DNA from: Bdellovibrionales bacterium
Lineage (GTDB): Bacteria; Bdellovibrionota; UBA1018; CAIMNF01
NCBI GenBank assembly: GCA_040380025.1
Contig: JBEIJY010000019.1
Location: 1-42,734 of the forward strand
Direction: 5' to 3'
Length of the DNA: 42,734 nucleotides
Each line of letters starts with the position of its first letter. Within the stretch, counting starts at the first letter, position 1. Both the position numbers and the translations under genes were made by a program. This document shows positions 28,652 through 38,587 of the stretch, piece by piece. Under the pieces are notes generated by a model. That model was given only the letters and a program-made list of their open reading frames with translations, was not told where the DNA came from and searched no databases.

Positions 28652-29949
28652 CCATGAACCACCAAAAATCAGAAGCATTTTTCGAGCGCGCAAAACGAGT
28701 GGCCCCGGGCGGAGTCCACTCCCCCGTTCGCGGATTCCGCGGCGTCGGCGGAACCCCGGTTTTCATCGAGTGGGCGAAGGGCGCACGTCTCTACGATGTC
28801 GACGGGAACGAATACATCGACTTCTGCATGTCCTGGGGACCGCTCCTCTTCGGCCATCAGGATCCCGAGATCGGCGAAGCGATCCGCACCGCCCTCACCC
28901 GTGGCTGGTCCTATGGAGCGGCCGAACGCTATTCGCTCGAATTCGCCGAAGATCTGATCTCGGCCATTCCGTTTGTCGAGAACATCCGGTTTGTGAGCTC
29001 CGGCACCGAAGCGGTGATGTCGGCGGTCCGGCTTGCCCGCGGCTACACCAAGCGCGATCTGATTCTGAAGTTCGATGGTTGCTATCACGGCCATGTCGAC
29101 TCGCTCCTGGTCCGTGCCGGCTCGGGGCTTGCCGAGATGGCCTCGCCCGACAGCGCCGGAATCTCGGCCCGCACTGCCTCCGAAACGCTCGTGTGCCCGC
29201 TCGATGACGAAGCGGCGCTGGAGGCGATCTTTGCCGCCCATGGCTCCTCGATCGCGGCCGCGATCATCGAGCCGCTTCCGGCGAACAACGGGCTCCTCTT
29301 GCAACGGACGGAGTTCCTGAAAACCCTCGAGTCGCTCTGCCGGAAGCACGGATCCGTGCTCATTTTTGACGAAGTGATCTCGGGGTTCCGGGTGGGAATC
29401 CAAGGGATGGCCGGCATCACTTCCATCAGGCCCGATCTCGTCACCTACGGAAAAATCATCGGTGGCGGAATGCCGGTGGGTGCCTACGGCGGAAAAAAAG
29501 AAATCATGGATTTCGTGGCCCCGATGGGACCGGTTTACCAGGCAGGAACCCTCTCGGCGAATCCGGTCGCCATGCAGGCCGGGCACGCGATGCTGAAGAA
29601 AATGATCCGCGAGAATCCGTTCCCGAAGCTCGAGGCAACGGGAGCGTCTTTTGTGCGGAACCTTCAGGAGCTGGCCGACCGGCACCTGCCGTTCCCCGTG
29701 CACTACCAGAGCTTCGGGTCGATCTCGTGGATGGTGTGCAACGGCAAAGAGACCGTGCGCCGGATCGAGAAGATTCCGGCCGAACAAAAAGCGCTCTATG
29801 CGCAGATTTTTCACGGATTCCTCGAACAAGGAGTGTACTTCGCGCCGAGCGGCTACGAGGTGGGATTCCTCTCGACGGCGCACACCGATGCCGATCTGGA
29901 ACGGGTGTTGGATGCGGCCAAAATCGTGTTTCAAAGCCTGAGACGGTAA
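28648..29949 (+). CDS. hemL: Glutamate-1-semialdehyde 2,1-aminomutase
   Basis: PGGVHSPVR, SWGP...GH, SGTEAVMSA.RLAR, KFDGCYHGH.D, FDEVISGFR, GKIIGGGMPVG, YQAGTLS.NP. Confidence 0.97.
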   Translation: MTMNHQKSEAFFERAKRVAPGGVHSPVRGFRGVGGTPVFIEWAKGARLYDVDGNEYIDFCMSWGPLLFGHQDPEIGEAIRTALTRGWSYGAAERYSLEFAEDLISAIPFVENIRFVSSGTEAVMSAVRLARGYTKRDLILKFDGCYHGHVDSLLVRAGSGLAEMASPDSAGISARTASETLVCPLDDEAALEAIFAAHGSSIAAAIIEPLPANNGLLLQRTEFLKTLESLCRKHGSVLIFDEVISGFRVGIQGMAGITSIRPDLVTYGKIIGGGMPVGAYGGKKEIMDFVAPMGPVYQAGTLSANPVAMQAGHAMLKKMIRENPFPKLEATGASFVRNLQELADRHLPFPVHYQSFGSISWMVCNGKETVRRIEKIPAEQKALYAQIFHGFLEQGVYFAPSGYEVGFLSTAHTDADLERVLDAAKIVFQSLRR

Positions 29950-29953
29950 GACC

Positions 29954-30922
29954 ATGGCATCGGGCGAATTCGTGCGCAAACCCGACCGGCGGTTCAAGCT
30001 GCTGGTGCTGATCCAAGGGCTCTGGATGACGACCCTGCTCGTCCTTGCGCTTTGGTGGGGGACGCTTCTTCGCCAGCAGGGCGATGAGATCGCATCCCTG
30101 CAGACCCAGCTCGGATTCCCCGAGGGCGATGTGCAAGGAAGACTCGACAAAACCCTCCTCATGATCGAGGGCGAGTCGGGTGCGTTCATTGCGCTCATTC
30201 TGATCGCAAACGGGATTCTTCTGTTCTTTTTTGCCCGCGACACCCGACGCTCGCGGAGCCTCGAGGCGTTCTTTGCCTCGATCACGCATGAGCTTCGCAC
30301 GCCACTCACGAGCATCCGGCTCCAGGCCGAGGCGCTTCGGGACATCGAGGACAACCCGAAACACACGCCCTACCTGAACCGTCTGCTCGAGGATGTCTCG
30401 CGCCTCGAGGGCCAGGTCCAGCAGACCCTCGAACTCGCCCGCATCGAGGGCGGCGGAGGGCTGAACCCGAGACCCCTTCGAATCCGCAACTTTCTTCAGA
30501 ACCGCATCGTCCCCGCGTATTCCTTAGGCGAATCCCGGATCAAAATCGAAACCGCACTCGAGGAGTCGTTCGTTCTGGCGGACCCGTCCGCGCTCACGAT
30601 GATCTTCCGGAACCTGATCGACAATGCGATCAAGTATTCGACGAGTGCGCCGACCGAATTGCTGTTCGAGGGCAAATCCTCGGAAAGTTCTTACGAACTG
30701 CGCGTGATTCACCGGAACTCGAAATTCGCCGGGAACCCGAAGAGACTGGGAAAGCTCTTCGAGCGCGGCACGGAATCGCAAGGAGCGGGCGTCGGACTGT
30801 ACCTCGTCGGAACCCTCATGAAGATCATGAAGGGATCGGCCTTATTTCTGCCCCATCAGGGTCGGTTTGAGGTCGCGCTCGCCTTTGCTCTCGAAAAAGA
30901 GGAGTCCCGTCATGACGCCTGA
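29954..30922 (+). CDS. Membrane sensor histidine kinase (HisKA), HemS/HemK-like by position
   Basis: Two TM helices around a short extracytoplasmic loop, H-box THELRTPL, N-box NLIDNAIKY, G2 GAGVGLY. Confidence 0.9.
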   Translation: MASGEFVRKPDRRFKLLVLIQGLWMTTLLVLALWWGTLLRQQGDEIASLQTQLGFPEGDVQGRLDKTLLMIEGESGAFIALILIANGILLFFFARDTRRSRSLEAFFASITHELRTPLTSIRLQAEALRDIEDNPKHTPYLNRLLEDVSRLEGQVQQTLELARIEGGGGLNPRPLRIRNFLQNRIVPAYSLGESRIKIETALEESFVLADPSALTMIFRNLIDNAIKYSTSAPTELLFEGKSSESSYELRVIHRNSKFAGNPKRLGKLFERGTESQGAGVGLYLVGTLMKIMKGSALFLPHQGRFEVALAFALEKEESRHDA

Positions 30923-31613
30923 TGTGCTTCTTTTGGAAGATGAATGGAACGTGGGCTCCACCTTGAACGACCGCCTCGGCCTCGAGGGCTTCGTCGTCAA
31001 ATGGGTGAAGACCGCCGAAGAGGCGCGCTCCGCGCTCGAAAAAGAATCGTTCCGTCTTGCTCTTTTGGATGTGAACGTTCCCGACGGAAACGGCTTCGAT
31101 GTGGCGCGCTTTCTTCGGGACCGCCATCCGAAAACAGCCGTGGTGTTCTTGACCGCCGCCGGAACGCCCGAGGACCGGATCCACGGACTCGAGCTCGGGG
31201 CCGAGGATTATGTGGTGAAGCCTTTTCACTTCAAGGAGCTCGTGCTGCGGATTCAGAATGTTTTGAAACGCGCGCGCTTCGTCGAAGAAGGACTCGCACC
31301 GGGACCGAAGGTCCGGATCGGCCGGGCCAGTGTGAGTTTTCAGGAATATCTGCTCGAAGCGGAGGGAGTGAAACACGCCCTCTCGCACAAGGAATGCACG
31401 CTCCTGAAACTTCTGTACGAAAAACGGGGTACGGTCGTCAGCCGCGATGAGATTCTGGACCTGGTGTGGAGCGAAGATGAATACCCCACCCCGAGGACGG
31501 TCGACAACTTCATCGTCCGGCTCCGGAAACTGCTCGAACCCTCTGCCGAAACCCCGACGCTGATCCGGAGCGTGCGCGGAGTCGGTTATCTTCTCGAAAA
31601 GGAAACCCCATGA
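30912..31613 (+). CDS. OmpR/PhoB-family response regulator, HemR-like by position
   Basis: LLED, LLDV..PDG.G, FLTA, GAEDYVVKPF; winged helix SRDEIL..VW, RTVDNFIVRLRK, SVRGVGY; RBS GAGGAG. Confidence 0.93.
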   Translation: MTPDVLLLEDEWNVGSTLNDRLGLEGFVVKWVKTAEEARSALEKESFRLALLDVNVPDGNGFDVARFLRDRHPKTAVVFLTAAGTPEDRIHGLELGAEDYVVKPFHFKELVLRIQNVLKRARFVEEGLAPGPKVRIGRASVSFQEYLLEAEGVKHALSHKECTLLKLLYEKRGTVVSRDEILDLVWSEDEYPTPRTVDNFIVRLRKLLEPSAETPTLIRSVRGVGYLLEKETP

Positions 31614-32665
31614 ATCGAACCCTCTACTCGGATGCTGTTTTGAAGAAAAACCTCCAGCGCCCTCCCGTCTGGTTCATGCGCCAGGCGGGCCGGTATCATT
31701 CGCATTATCAGGCCTTGAAGCGTCAGCACACCTTCATGGAACTTTGCAAGGTTCCGGCCCTCGCTGCCGAAACCACCTTCGGCCCGATTCGCGACTTCGA
31801 CTTCGATGCCGCGATTTTGTTCTCGGATTTGCTGTTCCCGCTCGAAGTGCTCGGCATGGGACTCGAATACTCACCCGGACCGAAACTCGGCTGGCACCTG
31901 AAGGAGCGCGCGGATCTTGCGAAGCTGAACCCGAAGGGACTCTCGCCCGAAGAGCTCACCGCAGGACTCTCGTATCAGGGCGAGGCGCTTCGCTTGATTC
32001 GGTCGGGACTCTCGCCACAGAAATCCTTGCTCGGGTTCGTGGGCGGCCCCCTGACGCTGTTCTACTATGCCGTCGAAGGTTCCCACCAGGGCTCGCTGAA
32101 CGATGCGAAAACAGGACTCACGGACGGACGCTATGAGGGATTCTTCCGGGTGCTCGCGCCGCTCTTGATCGAGAACATGTGCCTGCAGGCCCGATCGGGC
32201 GCCGATGCGGTTGCCGTCATGGACACCTGTGCCGGCGAGGTCGAGCCCGCGCTCTACCGCGAGATCGTGATTCCGACCCTTCGCGAGGTGCTCGTGCAGT
32301 TCCGAAGGCGGCATCCCGATACCCCCGTGGTCTATTACTCGAAGGGTACCGGCCCTTGGCACTGGCAACACCTCGAAGGTTTGCCTTTTGAATGCCTCGG
32401 AATCGATTGGCGGAATGACCTTGCGCGGGTGCTCGGCGAATTCGGAAACCGCTGGTCGATTCAGGGGAATTTCGATCCACATCTCCTGCTTCTTCCCGAG
32501 CAAGCCTGCCAGAAAGAAATCGAGAAGTTCTTCGAGCCGATTTTGAAACTCCCACGGGAAGCCCTCCGCGGCTGGATCTGCGGTCTTGGTCACGGCGTCC
32601 TGCAATGGACTCCCGAGGCGAATGTCCGAAACTTCCTCCGCTATCAAAAAGAGGTGCTATCATGA
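31610..32665 (+). CDS. hemE: Uroporphyrinogen decarboxylase
   Basis: PVWFMRQAGRY, DAAILFSDLL, LGFVGGP.TL..Y, QGNFDP, LGHGV...TP. Confidence 0.96.
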   Translation: MNRTLYSDAVLKKNLQRPPVWFMRQAGRYHSHYQALKRQHTFMELCKVPALAAETTFGPIRDFDFDAAILFSDLLFPLEVLGMGLEYSPGPKLGWHLKERADLAKLNPKGLSPEELTAGLSYQGEALRLIRSGLSPQKSLLGFVGGPLTLFYYAVEGSHQGSLNDAKTGLTDGRYEGFFRVLAPLLIENMCLQARSGADAVAVMDTCAGEVEPALYREIVIPTLREVLVQFRRRHPDTPVVYYSKGTGPWHWQHLEGLPFECLGIDWRNDLARVLGEFGNRWSIQGNFDPHLLLLPEQACQKEIEKFFEPILKLPREALRGWICGLGHGVLQWTPEANVRNFLRYQKEVLS

Positions 32666-34035
32666 TCGATTCCGCTCTTTTGAAAAAATACAACGTCCCG
32701 GGTCCGCGCTACACGAGCTACCCCACCGTGCCGTACTGGGATGCGAATCCTGATGAATCCCGCTGGCTCGGCGCGCTCCGCGAGTCGATCGATGCCGCCG
32801 TCCGCTCCGGAACGGGCGCCGCGATTTACGCGCACATTCCGTTTTGCGAATCTCTTTGCACCTATTGCGGGTGCAACACGCGGATCACGCGCAATCACGC
32901 GGTTTCGGACCCGTACATCGACACGCTCCTGCGGGAGTTCGCGCTGTACCGCGAGAAGCTCGGGCTTTCGGGGAAGAAACTTTTGCTCTCCGAACTGCAC
33001 TTGGGCGGCGGAACCCCGACTTTCCTGACCCCTTCCGAGCTTTCGCGGCTCCTCGACGGAATTCTCGATGCCTGCGAAGTCACGGGCGATTTTGAGTTTT
33101 CGATCGAGGTCGATCCGCGCGTGACCACACGGACCCATCTCGAAGTCCTCCGCGAACGGCAGTTCCGACGGATCAGTCTCGGTATCCAGGACTTCGACCC
33201 GAGAGTGCAGGACATCGTTCATCGGATTCAATCCGTCGAGCAAGTGGAGCGGATCACGACCGATGCCCGCGCGCTCGGGTTCACGAGCGTGAACTACGAT
33301 TTGATCTACGGGCTTCCGCTTCAGACCCTCTCGAGCATCGAAGGCACCATCGAACACGTGGCGCGCCTTCGTCCCGACCGCATCGCCTTTTATGCCTACG
33401 CGCACGTGCCCTGGATCAAACCCGGACAGCGTCGTTTCACCGAGGCGGATCTTCCGAACGGAGACGACAAGCGCGCGCTCTACGAACGGGGACGGGAACT
33501 TCTCGAAAAAGCCGGCTATGTCGAGATCGGCATGGATCACTTCGCGCTCCCTTCTGATTCGCTCTTCCAGGCCGTGGGCTCGCGATCGCTGCACCGGAAC
33601 TTCATGGGCTACACCGCCCGGAATGTGAACCCGATTCTTGCCTTGGGCGTCTCGGCCATCGGAGATGCGTGGAGCGTGTTCGCGCAGAACGAGAAGCTGC
33701 TCGAAACCTACGTGGATCGCGTGAAAAAAGGAGAGATTCCCATTTATCGCGGACACGTGCTCGATTCGGAGGATTTGATCCTGCGGAAGCACATCCTGAA
33801 CCTGATGACCCGGATGCACACGCGGTGGGACGAGGAATCCGCGGGCACGCCGTACCTCTCGGCGGTTCCGGAAAAGCTCCGTGAGCTCGAAGAGGACGGT
33901 CTCCTCAGGCTCGAAGCGCAAAGCTGTACGGTGACCGAGAAAGGCCGCGCCTTTCTTCGGAACATCTGCATGGCCTTCGATGCGCGTCTTGCCCGGAAGG
34001 CCCCCGAAACCCGGATTTTCTCGCAGACGGTGTGA
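32662..34035 (+). CDS. hemN: Oxygen-independent coproporphyrinogen III oxidase (radical SAM)
   Basis: KY..PGPRYTSYPT, HIPFC..LC.YCGC, GGGTPT, E.DPR, DLIYGLP.Q, YAHVPW, IGMDHFA, RNFMGY. Confidence 0.96.
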   Translation: MIDSALLKKYNVPGPRYTSYPTVPYWDANPDESRWLGALRESIDAAVRSGTGAAIYAHIPFCESLCTYCGCNTRITRNHAVSDPYIDTLLREFALYREKLGLSGKKLLLSELHLGGGTPTFLTPSELSRLLDGILDACEVTGDFEFSIEVDPRVTTRTHLEVLRERQFRRISLGIQDFDPRVQDIVHRIQSVEQVERITTDARALGFTSVNYDLIYGLPLQTLSSIEGTIEHVARLRPDRIAFYAYAHVPWIKPGQRRFTEADLPNGDDKRALYERGRELLEKAGYVEIGMDHFALPSDSLFQAVGSRSLHRNFMGYTARNVNPILALGVSAIGDAWSVFAQNEKLLETYVDRVKKGEIPIYRGHVLDSEDLILRKHILNLMTRMHTRWDEESAGTPYLSAVPEKLRELEEDGLLRLEAQSCTVTEKGRAFLRNICMAFDARLARKAPETRIFSQTV

Positions 34036-35306
34036 GCATGATCGGAAGACTCGATCCCGAACACAAATCCGCGACCATTGTCGGAGCCGGCGCGAGCGGT
34101 CTTCTGATCGCCTACGCGCTGAAAACCCGCGGGTTTGCGGTCCGCGTGCTCGAGGCCTCGGAACGGACCGGGGGCCTGATCGACACCCGGGATACCCCGT
34201 CCGGCCCGGCCGAAACAGCCGCACACAGCCTCATGGTCACACCCGAGGTGCAGGAGTGGTTTGACCGCCTGGGCGTGCGCTTGATTCCCGTGAATCCGGA
34301 TTCCCGGGCGCGCTTCATCTGGCGAAACGGGAAGATGCGAAGATTCCCGCTCACCGCGGGTGAGGCCCTGCGCACGATCTTCCGCTTCTTCTCGCGTCCC
34401 CGCAAGCCGATCGATCCCGAAACCGCGACCCTTGCCGACTGGTGCGAGGCTTATCTTGGTGTTCCGGCGCTCCGGTATCTGCTTGCCCCGTTTGTAACGG
34501 GCGTGTTCGCGGCCTCTCCGAAAGAGCTCCATCTCGCATCGGCGTTTCCGTCGTTGGTGCCGGAGTTTCCCGAGCGCTCCTTGTTCTCGAACCTGCTCGC
34601 AAAGCGAAAAACCGGAGACGAAAAAAAGCCCCGTCCGCGCATGATGGCCCCCGAGGGCGGAATGCGCCGGATGATCGAACGGCTGAGCGAGAATCTTTCG
34701 GAGGAGATCGAGCTGAACTCGCCGGTGGCGAATCTGCCCGATGCGAAAAACGTGATCGTGACGACACCCGCAGAAGAGCTCGCAGAACTCATCTCGGCTC
34801 GCGATCCCGCCTCGTCACAGGCGCTCCGGGAAATCACCTATTCTCCGCTCATCACCTGCACGGTGTTCATTCCCGGGTCTTCGTTTTCGAAAAAGCCGCC
34901 GAGAGGCGTGGGTGTTCTCATTCCGCGGAATGAGGGCCTTCGGATTCTGGGGGTGCTCTTCAACTCGAGCTCGTTTTCGGGGAGAAGCAAACAAGAGGGA
35001 GTTCACTCCTATACCGTGATGATCGGCGGTACGAGTGACCCGGAAGCGTTGAAGCTTCCAGATCCCGAATTGACTGATTTGATCCGTCGGGACCTCGTTC
35101 GGCTTTTTGGGCTGCGGGGAGAGACGGATTCGATCGAGATCACACGCTGGCAGCGGGCAATTCCCGTGTATTCGAGGGCCATTGCTCGTGCACGAAGCGT
35201 TCTGGAATCGGGCTTTTGCGCCACGCCCGGGCACATGGTTTTTTCGAACTACTCAGGCGAGGTCTCGCTTCGCGGACTGATCCGGTCGCTCGGTCGACTG
35301 GCATGA
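34032..35306 (+). CDS. hemY: Protoporphyrinogen/coproporphyrinogen oxidase, HemY type (FAD)
   Basis: IVGAG.SGL..AY, E...R.GG.I.T, G.GVLIP, LGVLFNS..F, RW..AIP.Y; last gene of the hem operon. Confidence 0.88.
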   Translation: MSMIGRLDPEHKSATIVGAGASGLLIAYALKTRGFAVRVLEASERTGGLIDTRDTPSGPAETAAHSLMVTPEVQEWFDRLGVRLIPVNPDSRARFIWRNGKMRRFPLTAGEALRTIFRFFSRPRKPIDPETATLADWCEAYLGVPALRYLLAPFVTGVFAASPKELHLASAFPSLVPEFPERSLFSNLLAKRKTGDEKKPRPRMMAPEGGMRRMIERLSENLSEEIELNSPVANLPDAKNVIVTTPAEELAELISARDPASSQALREITYSPLITCTVFIPGSSFSKKPPRGVGVLIPRNEGLRILGVLFNSSSFSGRSKQEGVHSYTVMIGGTSDPEALKLPDPELTDLIRRDLVRLFGLRGETDSIEITRWQRAIPVYSRAIARARSVLESGFCATPGHMVFSNYSGEVSLRGLIRSLGRLA

Positions 35307-35400
35307 ACTTTTTCAATCAATTCGATTGATTTATCGGATCTTTCCGGCTAGGAATGCCATATAGACAGGATTCTGGTGGGAATCCCTGGGGAGAGGAATC

Positions 35401-36162
35401 ATGACCTTCAAATCGTTTTTCGTGTTGGCACTGTTCTGCGCCGGATCCGGGGCGCGCGCCCAGGTCCGCACCTTCGAGCAAAATCCGGAATTTCACGTAA
35501 CTGTGCGCGAGGTGACCTCCGAATACGATTCCGACGAAAAATCGGGCATCACCGCCGCTCCAACCCCTCCGCCCCTGATCGACCCCCTTCCCCCTCTTCC
35601 GAATCCGCTTCCGGCTCCCGGCCCCGGTCCGGGCCCGGTGGTCGGCCCGCCCCCGCCGAGCGAGGTGACCCTCTCGAATGTCGTCGCACTTGGAACGAGA
35701 ATCTGGGACTTCATCGTGAACAACAAACCGAATGCCACCTACGAGAACTTCAAAGCCTCGGTGGTTCCGGCTGGAATCACGAACTGGACCCAGCTTCAAG
35801 GCTGGTCAAAACCCGTCTCGAAGGTCTACCGCGTGGAGTTCACGAACATTCTCGGCAGATCGGGCGGAAGCTTCGACTACCGGATCACATTCATTTATGG
35901 CGGACATTACCGCGGAAAAGGCAAATACATCGGGCAGATCTCGTTTGTTCCTGCTACCATCCAGCTCGGAACCGATCGATCGCTGAAACTGAAGGCGGAA
36001 CTGCTTGATCCTCTGAACTTCGGAACCGAAGAGGATCCCGTTGCCGGAGCGGCCCTTCAGATCAGCTGGTCCAGTCCGACCACTCCCCGTTACCAGATGG
36101 GATCCGTCGATCTGTTCCTGTACGGCACAGGAGAGATCCAGAATCTGAGCGATGGAAACTGA
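35401..36162 (+). CDS. Secreted hypothetical protein with Pro-rich linker and beta-rich C-terminal domain
   Basis: Signal peptide ending ARA-Q, stretch PTPPPLIDPLPPLPNPLPAPGPGPGP, RBS GAGAGG; overlaps the speB start. Confidence 0.7.
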   Translation: MTFKSFFVLALFCAGSGARAQVRTFEQNPEFHVTVREVTSEYDSDEKSGITAAPTPPPLIDPLPPLPNPLPAPGPGPGPVVGPPPPSEVTLSNVVALGTRIWDFIVNNKPNATYENFKASVVPAGITNWTQLQGWSKPVSKVYRVEFTNILGRSGGSFDYRITFIYGGHYRGKGKYIGQISFVPATIQLGTDRSLKLKAELLDPLNFGTEEDPVAGAALQISWSSPTTPRYQMGSVDLFLYGTGEIQNLSDGN

Positions 36163-37261
36163 GACAAAAAAAACAAAACCCCTTCTTGACCCGAATGCCC
36201 CGGCGGATTTGTCTGCCGGGGTTTTCGGTCTTCCCGGAACCTTCGATGAAGCACAGGTGATTTACCTGCCCATTCCCTGGGAGGCGACGACTTCGTATGG
36301 CGGAGGCACGGTTCATGGTCCCGGGGCGATCCTGAATGCGAGCTCCCAGCTCGATCTGTACGACATCGATGTCGAGAACCCGTATGAATGCGGGCTTTTT
36401 TGTCTGCCTATCCCGACCGAAATCGCCGAGCTGAATGCGCTCACGACCGATCTGGCCGCGTCGATCAAGGCCGATCCGGCCCGCGTGCCCGAAGATCCGG
36501 CCCTGCAAAAGAACCTCGCGAGCGTGAATGGGAACTCGAAGAAACTGAACGAGCACGTGTACCGCGAAACCGCGCGGATCCTGAAGGCGAAGAAAATCCC
36601 GGGTCTGATCGGTGGCGATCACTCCGTTCCCCTCGGCGCATTCCGGGCGGCGGCCGAGTTCGAAGGCGAATTCGGAATCCTTCATTTCGATGCCCATTCT
36701 GACACCCGAAACGCCTACATGGGCTTCACCGATTCGCATGCCTCGATCATGCGGAATGCGGCCGAACGCGTTCTCGCGATCCGAAAATTCGTGCAGGTCG
36801 GAATTCGCGATTTCTGCGAAGAAGAAGTGCATTTCACCCGAAGCCAAGGGGCGCGCTTTGAGGTGCACTACGATCAGGTGATCGCCGAAAAACGCCTCTC
36901 GGGAGTCCCCTTCGTCGAAATCGCGAAGGAAATCCTGAAGAACCTCCCCGAAAAAGTCTGGGTGAGCTTCGACATCGACGGGCTGGACCCGCGATTTTGC
37001 CCTCATACCGGCACTCCGGTTCCGGGCGGACTGGACTACCAGGAGGCCATCTTGATTTTGAGGCTTCTTGCGAAATCGGGCAGAAAAATCATCGGATTTG
37101 ACGTGGTCGAGGTTGCGCCTCCACTCCTTGCCGACGGAACGCCCCTTGAGCCCATTCAGGCCTCGGACGAGTGGGATGCGAATGTGGGCATGAGGCTGAT
37201 TTACAAGCTCTCGGCGCTTGCGCTTGCCTCGTCGGGACATGCCCGCTGGCGGAATGCCTGA
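36152..37261 (+). CDS. speB: Agmatinase (arginase/ureohydrolase family)
   Basis: PWEATTSYG.GT..GP, GGDHS, HFDAH.D, HAS.M, VGIRD, SFDIDGLDP, TGTPVPGGL, GFDVVEV. Confidence 0.9.
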   Translation: METETKKTKPLLDPNAPADLSAGVFGLPGTFDEAQVIYLPIPWEATTSYGGGTVHGPGAILNASSQLDLYDIDVENPYECGLFCLPIPTEIAELNALTTDLAASIKADPARVPEDPALQKNLASVNGNSKKLNEHVYRETARILKAKKIPGLIGGDHSVPLGAFRAAAEFEGEFGILHFDAHSDTRNAYMGFTDSHASIMRNAAERVLAIRKFVQVGIRDFCEEEVHFTRSQGARFEVHYDQVIAEKRLSGVPFVEIAKEILKNLPEKVWVSFDIDGLDPRFCPHTGTPVPGGLDYQEAILILRLLAKSGRKIIGFDVVEVAPPLLADGTPLEPIQASDEWDANVGMRLIYKLSALALASSGHARWRNA

Positions 37262-37291
37262 GTTTTTTCTGTACCCCGGTACACCTTGGGA

Positions 37292-38587
37292 TCAAGCGGC
37301 CTGACGCTTCAGGAGCGTTTGAATCTGGGCCTGGGCTTTCAAAAGCTCGTTTTTGATTTTGTTTTTCTCTGCATCGGATTGAACGATCTTGAGCTTCAGG
37401 GCATCGATTTCTTTTTTGTACTGGATCGAGGTTTTCAGTGTGTGTTCCATCCGGGATTCAAGATCGCTGATGATCGGAGCCGAGGCTTGCGCCTCTTTCT
37501 CTGCGCTCAGGGTGCGATCGAGAAGCCCCTTGATTTTGGACTTCTCGGCTTCGAGCATTCGCTGAACCCGGTCGAGGCGTTTTTCAAGATCCTCCGCCCC
37601 GGCCCTTCCCCCTGAATCATCGCCCGTGCCTGAATCAAGGCCGGCGGCGCCCCGGATCTGCGCTTGCAGTTCCTCGTTCCGCCGCTGAAGCTCGCGCAGC
37701 TTTTGATACATCTCGATCGCCTTCTCACGGAACGGGTTCTTCGCCTGCGCTTGTTCCGCTCCCTCGCGTTCGGTCCGGAACCTTCGGATTTCCTGCTCCT
37801 GCTGTGCGATCTCGCGCTCTTTTCTGTGCAGAAGCTCGATCATTCCCTCACGCCGCTTCGGCCAGCTTTCTCCCTCATTCCCGAATCGCTCTTCAATCGA
37901 GAGTACTTCGGAACTTACTTTGATCCTCACCCGTTCATCCCCGGACTGAGTCTCTCCGCCCCGAACGAGAATCTCACCGGAGGCCGATTCTCCGCCGTTG
38001 CTCCGGTACACCTCTTCGAGCCACTCCCGGTACGGAGTATCGCCAAGATCGCGGTATTGTGCGCGATTTTGAGTGAGCGAATCGCGTGAATCGGAGTACA
38101 CAAAAAATCCGCCCGCATCGTGGGGATCGACCACGCCGTCGAGATTACGGCAGACCCGCCACTCCACCAGATTTGATTTTTCCTGGTAACGGACCTCGAT
38201 CCGGTCGGTCGGTTCGAGGACTTTTCGAAGGAGCTTGGTCTCCTCGCTGTCGAGCCAGAACTGGGTGAAGGTGCGCTCATGGTTCCCGGGTTCCACAGGA
38301 ATCCGGCACTCCGAGCGGATGGCGATCAAAACATGGCCGCTGAACGCCGCAAGCTCCAGGCGGGAAGCCGCAGAGGCCGGCCTCGGAACCGCATCCAGAA
38401 GCGCAGGAATCAACGCACGGAAGCGCCCCGCAAGATCAGGGCTCACGGAGCACTCGTTTTCGAGCCATGCGCAATACAAATCCGCCACCCGCCCGCCTGA
38501 ATTCCGTCCGATCACGGTCGAGTGCACGATCGTGGTCCGTTCCGGCACCACGTGGGAAAGCCCGATTTGCGCAGGGCCCTCTACCAT
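37292..38587 (-). CDS. Hypothetical protein with long C-terminal coiled coil
   Basis: Heptad-rich C-terminal ~170 aa. ATG at 38587 overlaps the end of the upstream ORF. Confidence 0.7.
   Translation of the reverse strand: MVEGPAQIGLSHVVPERTTIVHSTVIGRNSGGRVADLYCAWLENECSVSPDLAGRFRALIPALLDAVPRPASAASRLELAAFSGHVLIAIRSECRIPVEPGNHERTFTQFWLDSEETKLLRKVLEPTDRIEVRYQEKSNLVEWRVCRNLDGVVDPHDAGGFFVYSDSRDSLTQNRAQYRDLGDTPYREWLEEVYRSNGGESASGEILVRGGETQSGDERVRIKVSSEVLSIEERFGNEGESWPKRREGMIELLHRKEREIAQQEQEIRRFRTEREGAEQAQAKNPFREKAIEMYQKLRELQRRNEELQAQIRGAAGLDSGTGDDSGGRAGAEDLEKRLDRVQRMLEAEKSKIKGLLDRTLSAEKEAQASAPIISDLESRMEHTLKTSIQYKKEIDALKLKIVQSDAEKNKIKNELLKAQAQIQTLLKRQAA

Noticed and set aside
35560..35660. C-rich repetitive stretch as a DNA repeat or CRISPR-like element
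   Set aside because: It simply encodes a Pro/Gly linker; there is no repeat-spacer periodicity anywhere in the window.
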